Source: Halobacteriovoraceae bacterium (lineage in GTDB: Bacteria; Bdellovibrionota; Bacteriovoracia; Bacteriovoracales; Bacteriovoracaceae). Taken from it: a stretch of DNA of 64,000 bases. The translations under genes and the position numbers were made by a program. Positions within the stretch are counted from its first letter, which is position 1. Every line of letters starts with the position of its first letter. Location: positions 32,001 through 96,000 of the forward strand of contig CAVRCF010000005.1 of assembly GCA_963719505.1 (NCBI GenBank), read 5' to 3'. Shown here piece by piece: positions 51,424 to 60,141 of this stretch. A model generated the notes under the pieces. That model saw nothing but the letters and a program-made list of their open reading frames with translations, did no database searches and was not told the origin of the DNA.

Positions 51424-53440
51424 CGTAACCGCGCACGATGATACCTAATATCGTGCGTTCCAAGTAGTCGTAATAAGGCTTTTCATCATTTTGATAAATT
51501 CACCCAAAAATTGAAAAAAAAGTGTTTTTTTTACGGCCCTGCATAAAGAAAAAGCTTTTTTGTTTTGATATCTTTTTATCGCCAAACAAAAAAAAACAAA
51601 CCAAAAAAGCTTTTTAGCAAAAGAACTGCCATGTACAAAACTATCAAAATTGAATCAACTTCTCAAACATTCTCTTCTCATTCTGGTCTATTTTTATTTG
51701 AAGAGCTCTGGAAGCAACTAAAACTAGATAAAAGACTCAAATCTAAGATGCCCCGCAAAAAGAAAAACATAGGTCCAACTCAATTAGATAAGTTTAAATC
51801 TCTACTTTATTCGTTTGTTGTTGGAAATGATTGTCTTTCTGATATTGATAATTCAAATAAAGATCCATTGTTTGCAGAACTTACTGGGAAGGTTGCAGCT
51901 AGGACTCAAGGTGATTTTTTAAAGTCATTTGGAAATAGACATGCTGAAAAATTACAGGAATTTTTAGTTGAGCTAACTTTTGAGCTTAGAGCTTTGATGT
52001 TTCCAGATGATATAAAGTTTATTCTTTCAATGGATTCTACGCCTCATGAACATTACGGAAAAAATATGGAAGGGATGGCGTGGAACTATAAAAATATGTG
52101 GTGCCTTGATTCTCAAAATGCTTATGATCAATTTGGATTTAGTTATTTGTTCGATCTTCGTCCTGGAAATACTCATTCGGGTAAAGATGCTGAGCGCTGG
52201 GTGCATGAAATTTTTAAGAATTGTCCAAGTCATTTAGAAAGATGGTTTAGAGCAGACTCCGCATATGGAAAGCAAGAAGTTTATAAAGCTCTTCAAGCCA
52301 AAGGAGCAAAGTTTGCAATAGTTCTTAGGGATAATATAAGTCGATATGTTAGAAAGAAGAATCGAAATATGTTGAATTGGGAGAAGACAGAACTTGAGTT
52401 TTTCAAGTCAAAAGAGTGTGAAATAGCGATGTCTCATTACCCAATTAAAAGCTTAGGGGAGATGCGAGTCGTTTTTATTAGAGCCCGAAAGAGCGTAGAT
52501 GATATCAATGAGGCTCGAGACCTCTTTAAGAATTACAATCCTGAAGAACACGACTATAGACATTATTCTATCATAACAAACATTGGTTTTTCAGAGATGA
52601 ACAATGAAGAAGTTTTTGAGTTTTATAAAGATAGAGCAACAGCAGAGAGCTATATTCGAGAGCAAAAGTACGGCTTTGATTTTTTAAACTTTCCTTGTCG
52701 TCGTTTGAGAGCGAATAAAATTTTTGGATTAGTAGGAACGTTTGCACATAATTTAACGAGAGTAATTTCTTTTTGCATGGAAGAGAAGTGGCGAACAGTT
52801 CGAGATAGAAAAAGTGGAGAAAGGATTCGTGTAAAACAGCTTGGATATTTTTCAAAGAGTGTTAGAAGTCATGTCATAAATATTGCGGGGCAGTTGATCC
52901 GAAGTGCTCGGAAACTAAAGTTAAGAATTTACTTTAAACAGGAGGTGGTGCTTAACAGGATTATGAAAAATTTATTGTTTAAGTTTAGTTTACAAACCTG
53001 AGCGCGTGTTCTTTGAAAAATGAATATTGTAAACCAGCTTGAACTACTGCCACCAAGGCAGACGTGCGCCTTGAGTACGTCTTTGAGTAGTTAAAACATA
53101 CGCTCGAGAAGAAAGGTTGTGTTTTTATCGGAGGAAAATAGAGAATGGAAATGAAGTAGGGGACAACTTTTGAATAAAGGTTTGGGAATGGCTGTTTTGG
53201 CGACAAAATAAGTAGATGAAAAAGTACCTGGGAGCTTTTTGAAGAGAGTTTTGAGTTTACTCGCGGAAAATTTTGATGTTGGAAAAAAAGATAGCGATTT
53301 AAAATGAGCCGAATTGAAAAAAAAGAGCTAGAGCAAAAAAAAAGGCGCAACTATGCGACCTCTATGGACCAGCGAACTCAAAATGAGCCGAATGAAAAAA
53401 ATATTGTCAGAGCAGTGGAAAAGATTCTCGCGGATTTGGG
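51424..53440 (+). mobile_element. IS1380 family insertion sequence
   Basis: Flanked by TGTGTAA at 51417-51423 and 53441-53447; right end CGCGGATTTGGG; left end degenerate with hairpin CGCACGAT/ATCGTGCG. Confidence 0.85.
51631..53001 (+). CDS. IS1380 family DDE transposase
   Basis: FSSHSGL, LSMDST, LRPGNTHS, FRADSAY, FYKDRATAESYIREQK, FPC...AN...AHNL. Confidence 0.9.
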   Translation: MYKTIKIESTSQTFSSHSGLFLFEELWKQLKLDKRLKSKMPRKKKNIGPTQLDKFKSLLYSFVVGNDCLSDIDNSNKDPLFAELTGKVAARTQGDFLKSFGNRHAEKLQEFLVELTFELRALMFPDDIKFILSMDSTPHEHYGKNMEGMAWNYKNMWCLDSQNAYDQFGFSYLFDLRPGNTHSGKDAERWVHEIFKNCPSHLERWFRADSAYGKQEVYKALQAKGAKFAIVLRDNISRYVRKKNRNMLNWEKTELEFFKSKECEIAMSHYPIKSLGEMRVVFIRARKSVDDINEARDLFKNYNPEEHDYRHYSIITNIGFSEMNNEEVFEFYKDRATAESYIREQKYGFDFLNFPCRRLRANKIFGLVGTFAHNLTRVISFCMEEKWRTVRDRKSGERIRVKQLGYFSKSVRSHVINIAGQLIRSARKLKLRIYFKQEVVLNRIMKNLLFKFSLQT

Positions 53441-53571
53441 TGTGTAATAGTATTTTGACCACTGAATCCGACAAAAAACGAAATTGTTTTTGAAAGTTTG
53501 GTTTTTTTATTTTGTCTCTGATCTACTTAGAAAAATGAAGTGTTTATTGCTTATGAGTAATTGCATTCTTG

Positions 53572-53622
53572 AAAAAATGGTAGTGAGAGGCAGATTTGAA
53601 CTGCCGACCTTCGGGATATGAA
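53572..53622 (-). repeat. att site copy 2: 3' half of initiator tRNA-Met(CAT), prophage boundary
   Basis: Identical to 46590-46640; 133 bp from the integrase stop codon. Confidence 0.92.
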
Positions 53623-53724
53623 TCCATTGAGGCAGTAAGATTTAAAAGTTTTCCACAATGAAAGTGCTTTGGTAGAGGGACTTTCAAGCTTTTTGTTTTT
53701 CTGTTTTTGTTGACACCAATAGTC

Positions 53725-53743
53725 GGCGCACAAAAGGCGCACA
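53725..53743. repeat. tandem direct repeat, candidate integrase arm-type sites
   Basis: GGCGCACA-AAA-GGCGCACA, 11-bp period, ~103 bp inside att copy 2. Confidence 0.6.
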
Positions 53744-53755
53744 GATTTTGGAGCT

Positions 53756-55012
53756 CTATAGGTTAAAAACGGCTTTGAGATCCGAGCCTTGTTTTAGGTA
53801 TTTCATTGAAGTTTTTATGTTTGAGTGTCCAGCGCTGTCTCTAACTTTAAGTAAATCGCCATCTGTCATCTCAGCGATCTCGAAGAGTCTCGCATGTTTC
53901 AATTCATAGAGGTCGTGTCTCTCTAGGCCAAGTCTTTCTTGTGCTTCATTCCAGTATTTATTTAGAGTTCTATCTCCAAGCCTTTTTCCACCTCGACCAC
54001 TGAATAAATAAGAATTTTTATTTATTGGGATTGGTAGAGTATTAATTATATCTAGCGCATCTTCGGTCAAGGGAAGGGTGAGTGTGGATAGTTTTTCACC
54101 TTTCTTTGACGACTTCCTACCTTCGATCTCCTTATCAGCAGACATGTGGCTTGAAATCGTGAGAGTTCTCTTTATTAGGTCTAAGTCACGATATTTCAGT
54201 GTTCTTAGTTCTCCCGGCCGTATGGGGTAGATTCTTAAAAATCGAATAACTTTTTTGTAGTAAGGATTGTTAATTTCATCAATTATTTTTTCACAAGTCT
54301 CTATATCCAAAACACTTTGACGCTCCCTAGAGGGTGAAATTTTGTCAAATTCAGGAATTTCTCTTATTGATCCAATCCTTTTCGCGTACCTCAGAATAAC
54401 CCTTAGCTCACCAAGAGCCTTGTCTCGCTTTCGACTGTATCCAACGTACTGATCTCTAAACTCATTAATTCTAATTGAAGTAATTGAGCTTATTCTGATG
54501 TTTTTAAAGAATGGCATCAGGTGATTTTTATTTAAAGAGATTTTATCTATTAAAGTGGCACTTGTTATTTCTCCAGACTCTTCTCTTCTTTTTTGAAGGT
54601 CTATATATTTGTTGTAAAAATTGGAATAAATGAGGCTCTCTTGGAAATCTTTAGACTCATAATTTCTGACGTCAAAAACGCCTTCCTTTATTTCATCTTT
54701 AATTCTTCGGAGTAGGCTAAGGCAATCAAAAACATCTTTTAACCTGTCGCCCATTTGGCAATGCCTTATGGTAATTCTCTTGGGGTTCCCGTTGATATCA
54801 ATTATTTTGGCCATTATTCTGAATTTGTTTGGGTTAGCACCGCAAATATCACAACAAGGAACCTCTTTCGACTTGATAGTTTCTTTGCCTGTAAAGGAGC
54901 CTCCACAGGAGCACTTATTTCCTTTAACATCTGAATATATTTTTGCGCTCAAGAAGAAACCTTTATTTGTAGAAAATAAATTAGTCTTCCTAAATACGGC
55001 CGTTTGGGTCAT
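53756..55012 (-). CDS. int: phage tyrosine integrase
   Basis: PIRPGELRTL (R), HDLYELKHA (HxxR variant), AGHSNIKTSMKY (H, Y); N-terminal CSC...CCDIC; adjacent to att. Confidence 0.9.
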   Translation of the reverse strand: MTQTAVFRKTNLFSTNKGFFLSAKIYSDVKGNKCSCGGSFTGKETIKSKEVPCCDICGANPNKFRIMAKIIDINGNPKRITIRHCQMGDRLKDVFDCLSLLRRIKDEIKEGVFDVRNYESKDFQESLIYSNFYNKYIDLQKRREESGEITSATLIDKISLNKNHLMPFFKNIRISSITSIRINEFRDQYVGYSRKRDKALGELRVILRYAKRIGSIREIPEFDKISPSRERQSVLDIETCEKIIDEINNPYYKKVIRFLRIYPIRPGELRTLKYRDLDLIKRTLTISSHMSADKEIEGRKSSKKGEKLSTLTLPLTEDALDIINTLPIPINKNSYLFSGRGGKRLGDRTLNKYWNEAQERLGLERHDLYELKHARLFEIAEMTDGDLLKVRDSAGHSNIKTSMKYLKQGSDLKAVFNL

Positions 55013-55054
55013 AAATTCAAGTTCTCTTTTCTTAGTCCTGCGTTAAGTTGTTGT

Positions 55055-55501
55055 TTATTCTAAGAGTAATTTTGGATTGACTCTTATATTGTCAATATCT
55101 CTTTCAAGTCTTCCATACATCGTGTCGCCATTAGGGAGCATGAGGTTACCCATCATTGACCTTTTAAGATCTACCAAGCCATTTGTGTGAGCCTCAATTG
55201 TCGCTTTGATATAAAGACACATAGAGCGCCAAAGACGACGTTTCTCTTTCTCGATCTCATCATTAATTTGAGTGGCAGTTCTAGTCTTTCCGGTATTTGT
55301 GAATTTAATTTTATCGTCGCGGTCACTAGGGTAATGAATATGAAATTTGTAACCCCTCTCTTCAAATATAAATTGAACCATTGCAACGCCTTTGGCCTCT
55401 GCAATAGCGACGCCATCGGCACCCTCTTTTTGAAGAAGAACTCTAATCTGATTCATACTTCTGTCTATTCCAACAGAAGTTCCCTTTGCATAATTACTCA
55501 T
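55055..55501 (-). CDS. conserved phage hypothetical protein
   Basis: YAKGTSVGIDRSMNQIRVLL...RRLWRSMCLYIKATIEA...MLPNGDTM; a pattern I recall from phage early regions; function unknown. Confidence 0.7.
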   Translation of the reverse strand: MSNYAKGTSVGIDRSMNQIRVLLQKEGADGVAIAEAKGVAMVQFIFEERGYKFHIHYPSDRDDKIKFTNTGKTRTATQINDEIEKEKRRLWRSMCLYIKATIEAHTNGLVDLKRSMMGNLMLPNGDTMYGRLERDIDNIRVNPKLLLE

Positions 55502-55534
55502 TGTTTTTCCTCGCTATTGGTTTTGCTGGTACTG

Positions 55535-55804
55535 TTAATACTCACTACTAGCGAATAGCTCAGGAAACTCTTCACCATTATTAATCTCAATTGTCAGTTG
55601 CTCTCGAAAACTTCTTTTGGGGGAGTTGTCTGGATCGTCAATGTCATCGATATATACAAGTCGATCCATTTCGCTTTCACTAAGTTCTTTACAGTCGACC
55701 TCATCTCCCGTGGAGTCTATTTCATCTGAATAAAACTCTATAGCTTCTTTTTTGGATTTTGCTGCAACCCAATCAGTTTCAAATTCATAAATCTTAATTT
55801 TCAT
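55535..55804 (-). CDS. phage hypothetical acidic protein
   Basis: AGGAG RBS; DWVAAKSKKEAIEFY...FASSEY. Confidence 0.7.
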   Translation of the reverse strand: MKIKIYEFETDWVAAKSKKEAIEFYSDEIDSTGDEVDCKELSESEMDRLVYIDDIDDPDNSPKRSFREQLTIEINNGEEFPELFASSEY

Positions 55805-56108
55805 TTCTTTCTCCTGTTTTATTGTTGGTTGAATGAGAACCAATTAACTCTTTAATCCTGCATAAAACTTCTGCCTCACTAGGAAAGTCATCAAAACCAT
55901 ACTTTTCCCAACCATCAGGGAAATTACAATTCATGCTACAGAGAGCTAACTCAACACATTCTCGAATCTTCTCATTTTCTTTTTCTAGTTGTTTTGCTTT
56001 TTCCCAAAAAGGCTTTGCGATCCTATCTTTCGTGATAGGTGAATTAGTTCCCTTTAACCCCATTGCAATATTTGCCAAGTCAGCGCCAAAACTATCTGTT
56101 AACTGCAT
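55794..56108 (-). CDS. phage hypothetical protein
   Basis: AAGGA RBS; short coiled coil QLEKENEKIRE. Confidence 0.6.
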   Translation of the reverse strand: MQLTDSFGADLANIAMGLKGTNSPITKDRIAKPFWEKAKQLEKENEKIRECVELALCSMNCNFPDGWEKYGFDDFPSEAEVLCRIKELIGSHSTNNKTGERNEN

Positions 56109-56499
56109 TTTGTTCCTTTGTCTCAGCTGTGTTGGTATTGTTTACGAATATCTTTTCAACGTCTTCAACAAGCCAAAAGTCAGGCTTATGGTCTTCCATA
56201 ATTAAGTCCGTTATCTCATTTAGCTTTTTCTCTATTTTCTCATGAAGTGCTTGTTTCTTAAGAAGTGTTGTTTCCCAATATTCTGACCAATCTCCAAGCC
56301 TATCAATATCCCTTTCAATCATGTCATATAAGAAATCTCTAGCTGATTGAGTTGGGGGAGTGTAAGCCATTTTTTTCCCGATATAAAAACAATCACCTTC
56401 ACCTAAGTTCCATTCTTCTGCGCCATTCAGAATCGCATCTGATTTCGTTGTGTAGTCTTCGCCACTAAAGTTTTCTTCGCTAATTGATGTTATGTACAT
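56092..56499 (-). CDS. phage hypothetical protein
   Basis: AAGGA RBS; overlaps neighbours in a co-oriented chain. Confidence 0.65.
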   Translation of the reverse strand: MYITSISEENFSGEDYTTKSDAILNGAEEWNLGEGDCFYIGKKMAYTPPTQSARDFLYDMIERDIDRLGDWSEYWETTLLKKQALHEKIEKKLNEITDLIMEDHKPDFWLVEDVEKIFVNNTNTAETKEQNAVNR

Positions 56500-56824
56500 G
56501 CTTATCCTTCTCGGTTTTGCTGATACTGTTTAAAAATTTATGTATATGATTTCCAAGCTCCATGACAGCGTTTGGTTCGTCATACTCATTTGATTCTTGA
56601 TATAAAAGAGTTACATCTTCAAACTGCTCTAAAAATTCAAGCATAGTATCGTTTTGCTTCCTCATTCTTATAACGGCATCTTTCCACTCCAATGCGGTTT
56701 CAAGTCTAACAAGATCAAGCCTTGGGTTAGGAGTGTGCTGGGTGTAGTTATCGCTACTGGAATCATGCGCTTCTCTCAACAAAGAGACTGATCTAAAAAT
56801 GTAACCCTTGTCAAAGCTATTCAT
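56480..56824 (-). CDS. phage hypothetical protein
   Basis: GAGGG RBS; co-oriented chain. Confidence 0.6.
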   Translation of the reverse strand: MNSFDKGYIFRSVSLLREAHDSSSDNYTQHTPNPRLDLVRLETALEWKDAVIRMRKQNDTMLEFLEQFEDVTLLYQESNEYDEPNAVMELGNHIHKFLNSISKTEKDKHVHNIN

Positions 56825-57269
56825 TATTATTTCCCTCAGTTGAATGTGTATTATTGAATCCCAAGTGATTACTTAGAGACTCTTCAATCTTATCCATATC
56901 CCCACTGTCTAAATCCTTAAACTCTACAACACTGGAGAGATTATCAAAAACAGTGCAACAAATAGATGCTCGACTCCAGAGAGTGTCTATAACAAGCCCC
57001 TTGTTCTGCTCTGAGAAGAATAAATCATACATAGTTTCAAAAATTACTCGTTTGAGTTTCATGTTTTCTTCTTTGAGTTGGTCTATATTTTGGGAGTAGT
57101 AATCATCTTTTTTTTGAGCAACCCATCTAGAACAAGTTCTTGCAATATTTCTAATTGAGTGCTTCTTAGATAAATCATAATACGCATTAACATGATCTTC
57201 ATAATTGTCTTTGTAGTATTCCTTGAAATTTTTTAAATCTTCTTTATCCCACAAATATTTATCACTCAT
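56817..57269 (-). CDS. phage hypothetical protein
   Basis: AAGGA RBS; coiled coil QLKEENMKLKR. Confidence 0.6.
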   Translation of the reverse strand: MSDKYLWDKEDLKNFKEYYKDNYEDHVNAYYDLSKKHSIRNIARTCSRWVAQKKDDYYSQNIDQLKEENMKLKRVIFETMYDLFFSEQNKGLVIDTLWSRASICCTVFDNLSSVVEFKDLDSGDMDKIEESLSNHLGFNNTHSTEGNNNE

Positions 57270-57277
57270 AATTATCC

Positions 57278-57556
57278 TTACAGTTTACTTAAAAGCTTCT
57301 CGGTTTCTTCTTTTAGTTTTTTCTCGCAATGGCGAAAGCTATTCATATTGGTTAGGTGTTTTTGAAGTATTGTCACTAACTTTTCATTTTGCCTCTCAAG
57401 TCTTTCTTCGGAAGTTTCACCATCAACAAACTCGAAAGACTTCACAGACTTCTCATGCTCTTCATTTTTAAATATTTCAAATATTTGATCGATTGAGCCA
57501 CTAAAGCCAATTGAATCTTTTGTCTTAACTCTTATTGTTACGTCTGTTACGAACAT
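57278..57556 (-). CDS. phage hypothetical protein
   Basis: Repeat-associated RBS; coiled coil RLERQNEKL. Confidence 0.6.
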   Translation of the reverse strand: MFVTDVTIRVKTKDSIGFSGSIDQIFEIFKNEEHEKSVKSFEFVDGETSEERLERQNEKLVTILQKHLTNMNSFRHCEKKLKEETEKLLSKL

Positions 57557-57590
57557 ACTTCTCTTATCCTTGTAGTTTATTTAATATAAA

Positions 57591-57839
57591 TTAAGATTTA
57601 TTTATTCTGATATACATAACTTTAGAAAGTTTCTGCATTTCTGAAATTTCAGTTTCATCACTATCACCGTGATAAGAAGGGAGAAGATTTTCTTTATCCT
57701 TAAGTTTATTTAGAATTGAAAATCCAATTTGCTGTGCCATTTCTTTAGTTGGTTTTATACAGGCGAAAGCATCTAGCCACATGTGGTTTTCTTGGCACAT
57801 TAGCAACACCTGTTCTTTTAAATCTTTATTGGTTTGCAT
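57591..57839 (-). CDS. phage hypothetical protein
   Basis: Repeat-associated RBS identical to the one at 57558-57571. Confidence 0.6.
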   Translation of the reverse strand: MQTNKDLKEQVLLMCQENHMWLDAFACIKPTKEMAQQIGFSILNKLKDKENLLPSYHGDSDETEISEMQKLSKVMYIRINKS

Positions 57840-57889
57840 CTTCTCTTATCCTTTACTCTTATTTAATAGAGTTATTAATAGTATTGTTT

Positions 57890-58096
57890 CTACTGTAATT
57901 TTTCACAAGGGATATAGGTTAATCCCAAGCCTGTAGTCGCCATGCTCATTGTTTTTCTTGAGGCAACAAATCCAAAACACAAACCATTCTTTCTGATTAT
58001 TTGAATATCGGAAGGGTCTATATTGATGTTTCCAGAAGTGTTAACACCGCAGGAAGTTAATGTTAAAAGTGTCATTAATAATGTAATTGTTTTCAT
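57890..58096 (-). CDS. small phage lipoprotein
   Basis: MKTITLLMTLLTLTSC lipobox; AAGGA RBS; CFG...IPCEKL. Confidence 0.7.
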   Translation of the reverse strand: MKTITLLMTLLTLTSCGVNTSGNINIDPSDIQIIRKNGLCFGFVASRKTMSMATTGLGLTYIPCEKLQ

Positions 58097-58106
58097 CTTG
58101 TTCCTT

Positions 58107-58334
58107 TTAATATGGTCTTTTAAATTCAGTTCCATCGTTACACTTAGCAAAACTATAATTCCAGTTTTCCAATCCTTTTTTATCACTACATAATCTTTCA
58201 GCTCTAAGTTTTTGAGAGCAATTTAAAGCGGACTTTCCATCAATAGAGAAGCATCTTATCGAATCGATAGTTGAGCACGAAGTAATGAAAATACTAAGTG
58301 TTGTGATTGTTAAAATTTTAAAATTAAAATACAT
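58107..58334 (-). CDS. small Cys-rich phage lipoprotein
   Basis: LSIFITSC lipobox plus four further Cys; AGGAG RBS. Confidence 0.6.
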   Translation of the reverse strand: MYFNFKILTITTLSIFITSCSTIDSIRCFSIDGKSALNCSQKLRAERLCSDKKGLENWNYSFAKCNDGTEFKRPY

Positions 58335-58493
58335 ATTTAACTCCTATGATTATTAGCTCTATAAGTTTCCAGATAGCGAGAATGAACTGCGCAACAAATA
58401 GTGCCATCCAATAATAAATATATTTATAAGGGTCTTCATATTTCATATAGTATTATTCCTAATGTAGTCACCACTTTTATTTAATAGAGTGGG

Positions 58494-58643
58494 TTAGCTG
58501 TCTTTTATTTTTCCGCACTCACTACATTCTCTGTGAGAAAAAATCCCTCTTCTATATATTTCTATCCAGTTGTGATCAGTCATTGTGCACCATAATTTAT
58601 TTGTAACTTCACTTGCCGTTGGTATCCAATCAAACATTCTCAT
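58494..58643 (-). CDS. 49-aa phage protein with C..H / CxxC motif (not in ORF track)
   Basis: MRMFDWIP...LWCTMTDHNW...RECSECGKIKDS. Confidence 0.55.
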   Translation of the reverse strand: MRMFDWIPTASEVTNKLWCTMTDHNWIEIYRRGIFSHRECSECGKIKDS

Positions 58644-59007
58644 CCTTTTCATTTCTTTTTAGTAGTTCTTTTATTTCAGCTCGCTTTAAAAATCTTGTAA
58701 ATCCAGTATTCGGGTAACGATCTTTTTCAGCGTAAACAACATACTCTAAAGCCTCAATCAACAACTTCTCTTGCTGCTTGTTTTTGGCTTCGAGTTCTTT
58801 GATCTCAGTATTCTTATCTTTGATTAGGTTTTTAAGTATAGTAACTTCTGATATCTTATTGCCTGTTGAAAACTCGTTGGCAGAATATGATCTTTCATAC
58901 GGAAATAATTTTCTAGGCAGCGAGTTTAAAAACCCCTCAAAGTGATCTTTGTTGTAGACACTAAACACAACTGTAAAGTCGCTTGTAAAATTAATCTCAT
59001 TGCTCAT
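58630..59007 (-). CDS. phage hypothetical protein
   Basis: AAGGAG RBS within a junction repeat; coiled coil IKELEAKNKQQEKLL. Confidence 0.65.
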   Translation of the reverse strand: MSNEINFTSDFTVVFSVYNKDHFEGFLNSLPRKLFPYERSYSANEFSTGNKISEVTILKNLIKDKNTEIKELEAKNKQQEKLLIEALEYVVYAEKDRYPNTGFTRFLKRAEIKELLKRNEKDENV

Positions 59008-59203
59008 TCTCTCTCCTTTGCTCTATAGATTAACTACCTTAATCGTAATCTGCTCTCAAATCACTGCACTCATCAAAACCGTCAAAGTAACTGATTCCTT
59101 CTGCACAATCTTCGCAAACCTCATAAACATCTATTTCTTTTTCACATACCATGCATTGATTTCTCAATTTTCTCTCCCTTGCTCTATAGATAACTAATAA
59201 GAG

Positions 59204-59533
59204 TTAATATTTTATCTTGTCGTATAATTCATTATCAATTATCGCTAATAATTTAGTTCTGTTATTAAACATAACATCTCGCCACACCTTACCCACAATT
59301 TCAAAATGTTCATTGAAAATATAATCTTTTAAGTGACAATATATTTCGTCGTGAGTTCTAAAGTTGCAATGAGATTGATATCTAAACTCAACTAATTCAC
59401 CTTCTTCTATATAAACTTTTCTTTCTTTTGAGTTATCACTCAAGGTAGATTTCCGACAAGCTACAGGCTTAACACATTTGAATATGTGACCTCTTGAGTG
59501 ATATTTAGTGTTAACTTCTCCTTCGTCTTTCAT
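59204..59533 (-). CDS. phage hypothetical protein
   Basis: AAGGA RBS; 109 aa. Confidence 0.6.
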   Translation of the reverse strand: MKDEGEVNTKYHSRGHIFKCVKPVACRKSTLSDNSKERKVYIEEGELVEFRYQSHCNFRTHDEIYCHLKDYIFNEHFEIVGKVWRDVMFNNRTKLLAIIDNELYDKIKY

Positions 59534-59555
59534 TTTCTTCCTTTATATAGATAAG

Positions 59556-59804
59556 TTATTGATAAGGAGCTGTGTCTTTATCAACAACAATCTCGTTTAA
59601 CTTTTTTTCTTTTATAACTCTTTCTAAGTCTTCACGACTGAAGTAGCCTAAATATTGAATTTCGCCATCTACAAGTAAGGCTCTACCAAATCGCCAATTC
59701 TCATTGTACTCAATGTGATTTTTTAAATTCGCAGAATTAACACCGTTGGTTTTGAAAGATTCATCTCTGTAAACTCCAATTGTTGTGTGTACTTTCATAC
59801 TCAC
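59556..59804 (-). CDS. phage hypothetical protein
   Basis: GGGAG RBS; HIEYN..WRFGRALLVDG. Confidence 0.6.
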   Translation of the reverse strand: MSMKVHTTIGVYRDESFKTNGVNSANLKNHIEYNENWRFGRALLVDGEIQYLGYFSREDLERVIKEKKLNEIVVDKDTAPYQ

Positions 59805-59822
59805 TCCCTATAATATTGATGG

Positions 59823-59939
59823 TTAATCTTTCATCCGTTCTAAAAGCACCGCTTTAAACCACTTGCTTCTTAGTATCGGATAAATCGTCAAAACTGCGAG
59901 GAACAATATTACTTTGATAATTAACGGTATTCCTCGCAT
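59823..59939 (-). CDS. 38-aa single-TM phage peptide (not in ORF track)
   Basis: MRGIPLIIKVILFLAVLTIYPILRSKWFKAVLLERMKD; AGGAG RBS in a junction repeat. Confidence 0.6.
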   Translation of the reverse strand: MRGIPLIIKVILFLAVLTIYPILRSKWFKAVLLERMKD

Positions 59940-59963
59940 TCTTATCTCCTATAGTATTGCCAA

Positions 59964-60113
59964 TTAATGAACTATACCTTTACCAATTAAGTAGTAGTTT
60001 TTTTCATTGTCTCTTGTTTTTAGAAATAGCATCGCTTTCTTTTCAGAACTAAAAATCCATATTTCATCTGTTGACTCTATGTGTTTTGATTGTACAACCC
60101 AAACGTGTTTCAT
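59964..60113 (-). CDS. 49-aa phage protein (not in ORF track)
   Basis: MKHVWVVQ...IFSSEKKA...; GAGGTG RBS; both ends sit in junction repeats. Confidence 0.65.
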   Translation of the reverse strand: MKHVWVVQSKHIESTDEIWIFSSEKKAMLFLKTRDNEKNYYLIGKGIVH

Positions 60114-60141
60114 TTTTCACCTCTATGGCATTGCCAATTAA

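Larger units (their letters stand above)
46641..53571. mobile_element. integrase-less genomic island between two tRNA-Met att copies (RHS tip/immunity array + IS3 + IS1380)
   Basis: Bounded by the 51-bp direct repeats; content is entirely accessory. Confidence 0.8.

Noticed and set aside
52999-53020. Selenocysteine or read-through at the transposase TGA followed by a stem
   Set aside because: Another in-frame TGA follows five codons later.
52985-53350. 121-aa minus-strand ORF in the IS1380 tail
   Set aside because: Phe/Ser/Leu-rich shadow of A-rich DNA; no RBS or recognisable domain.
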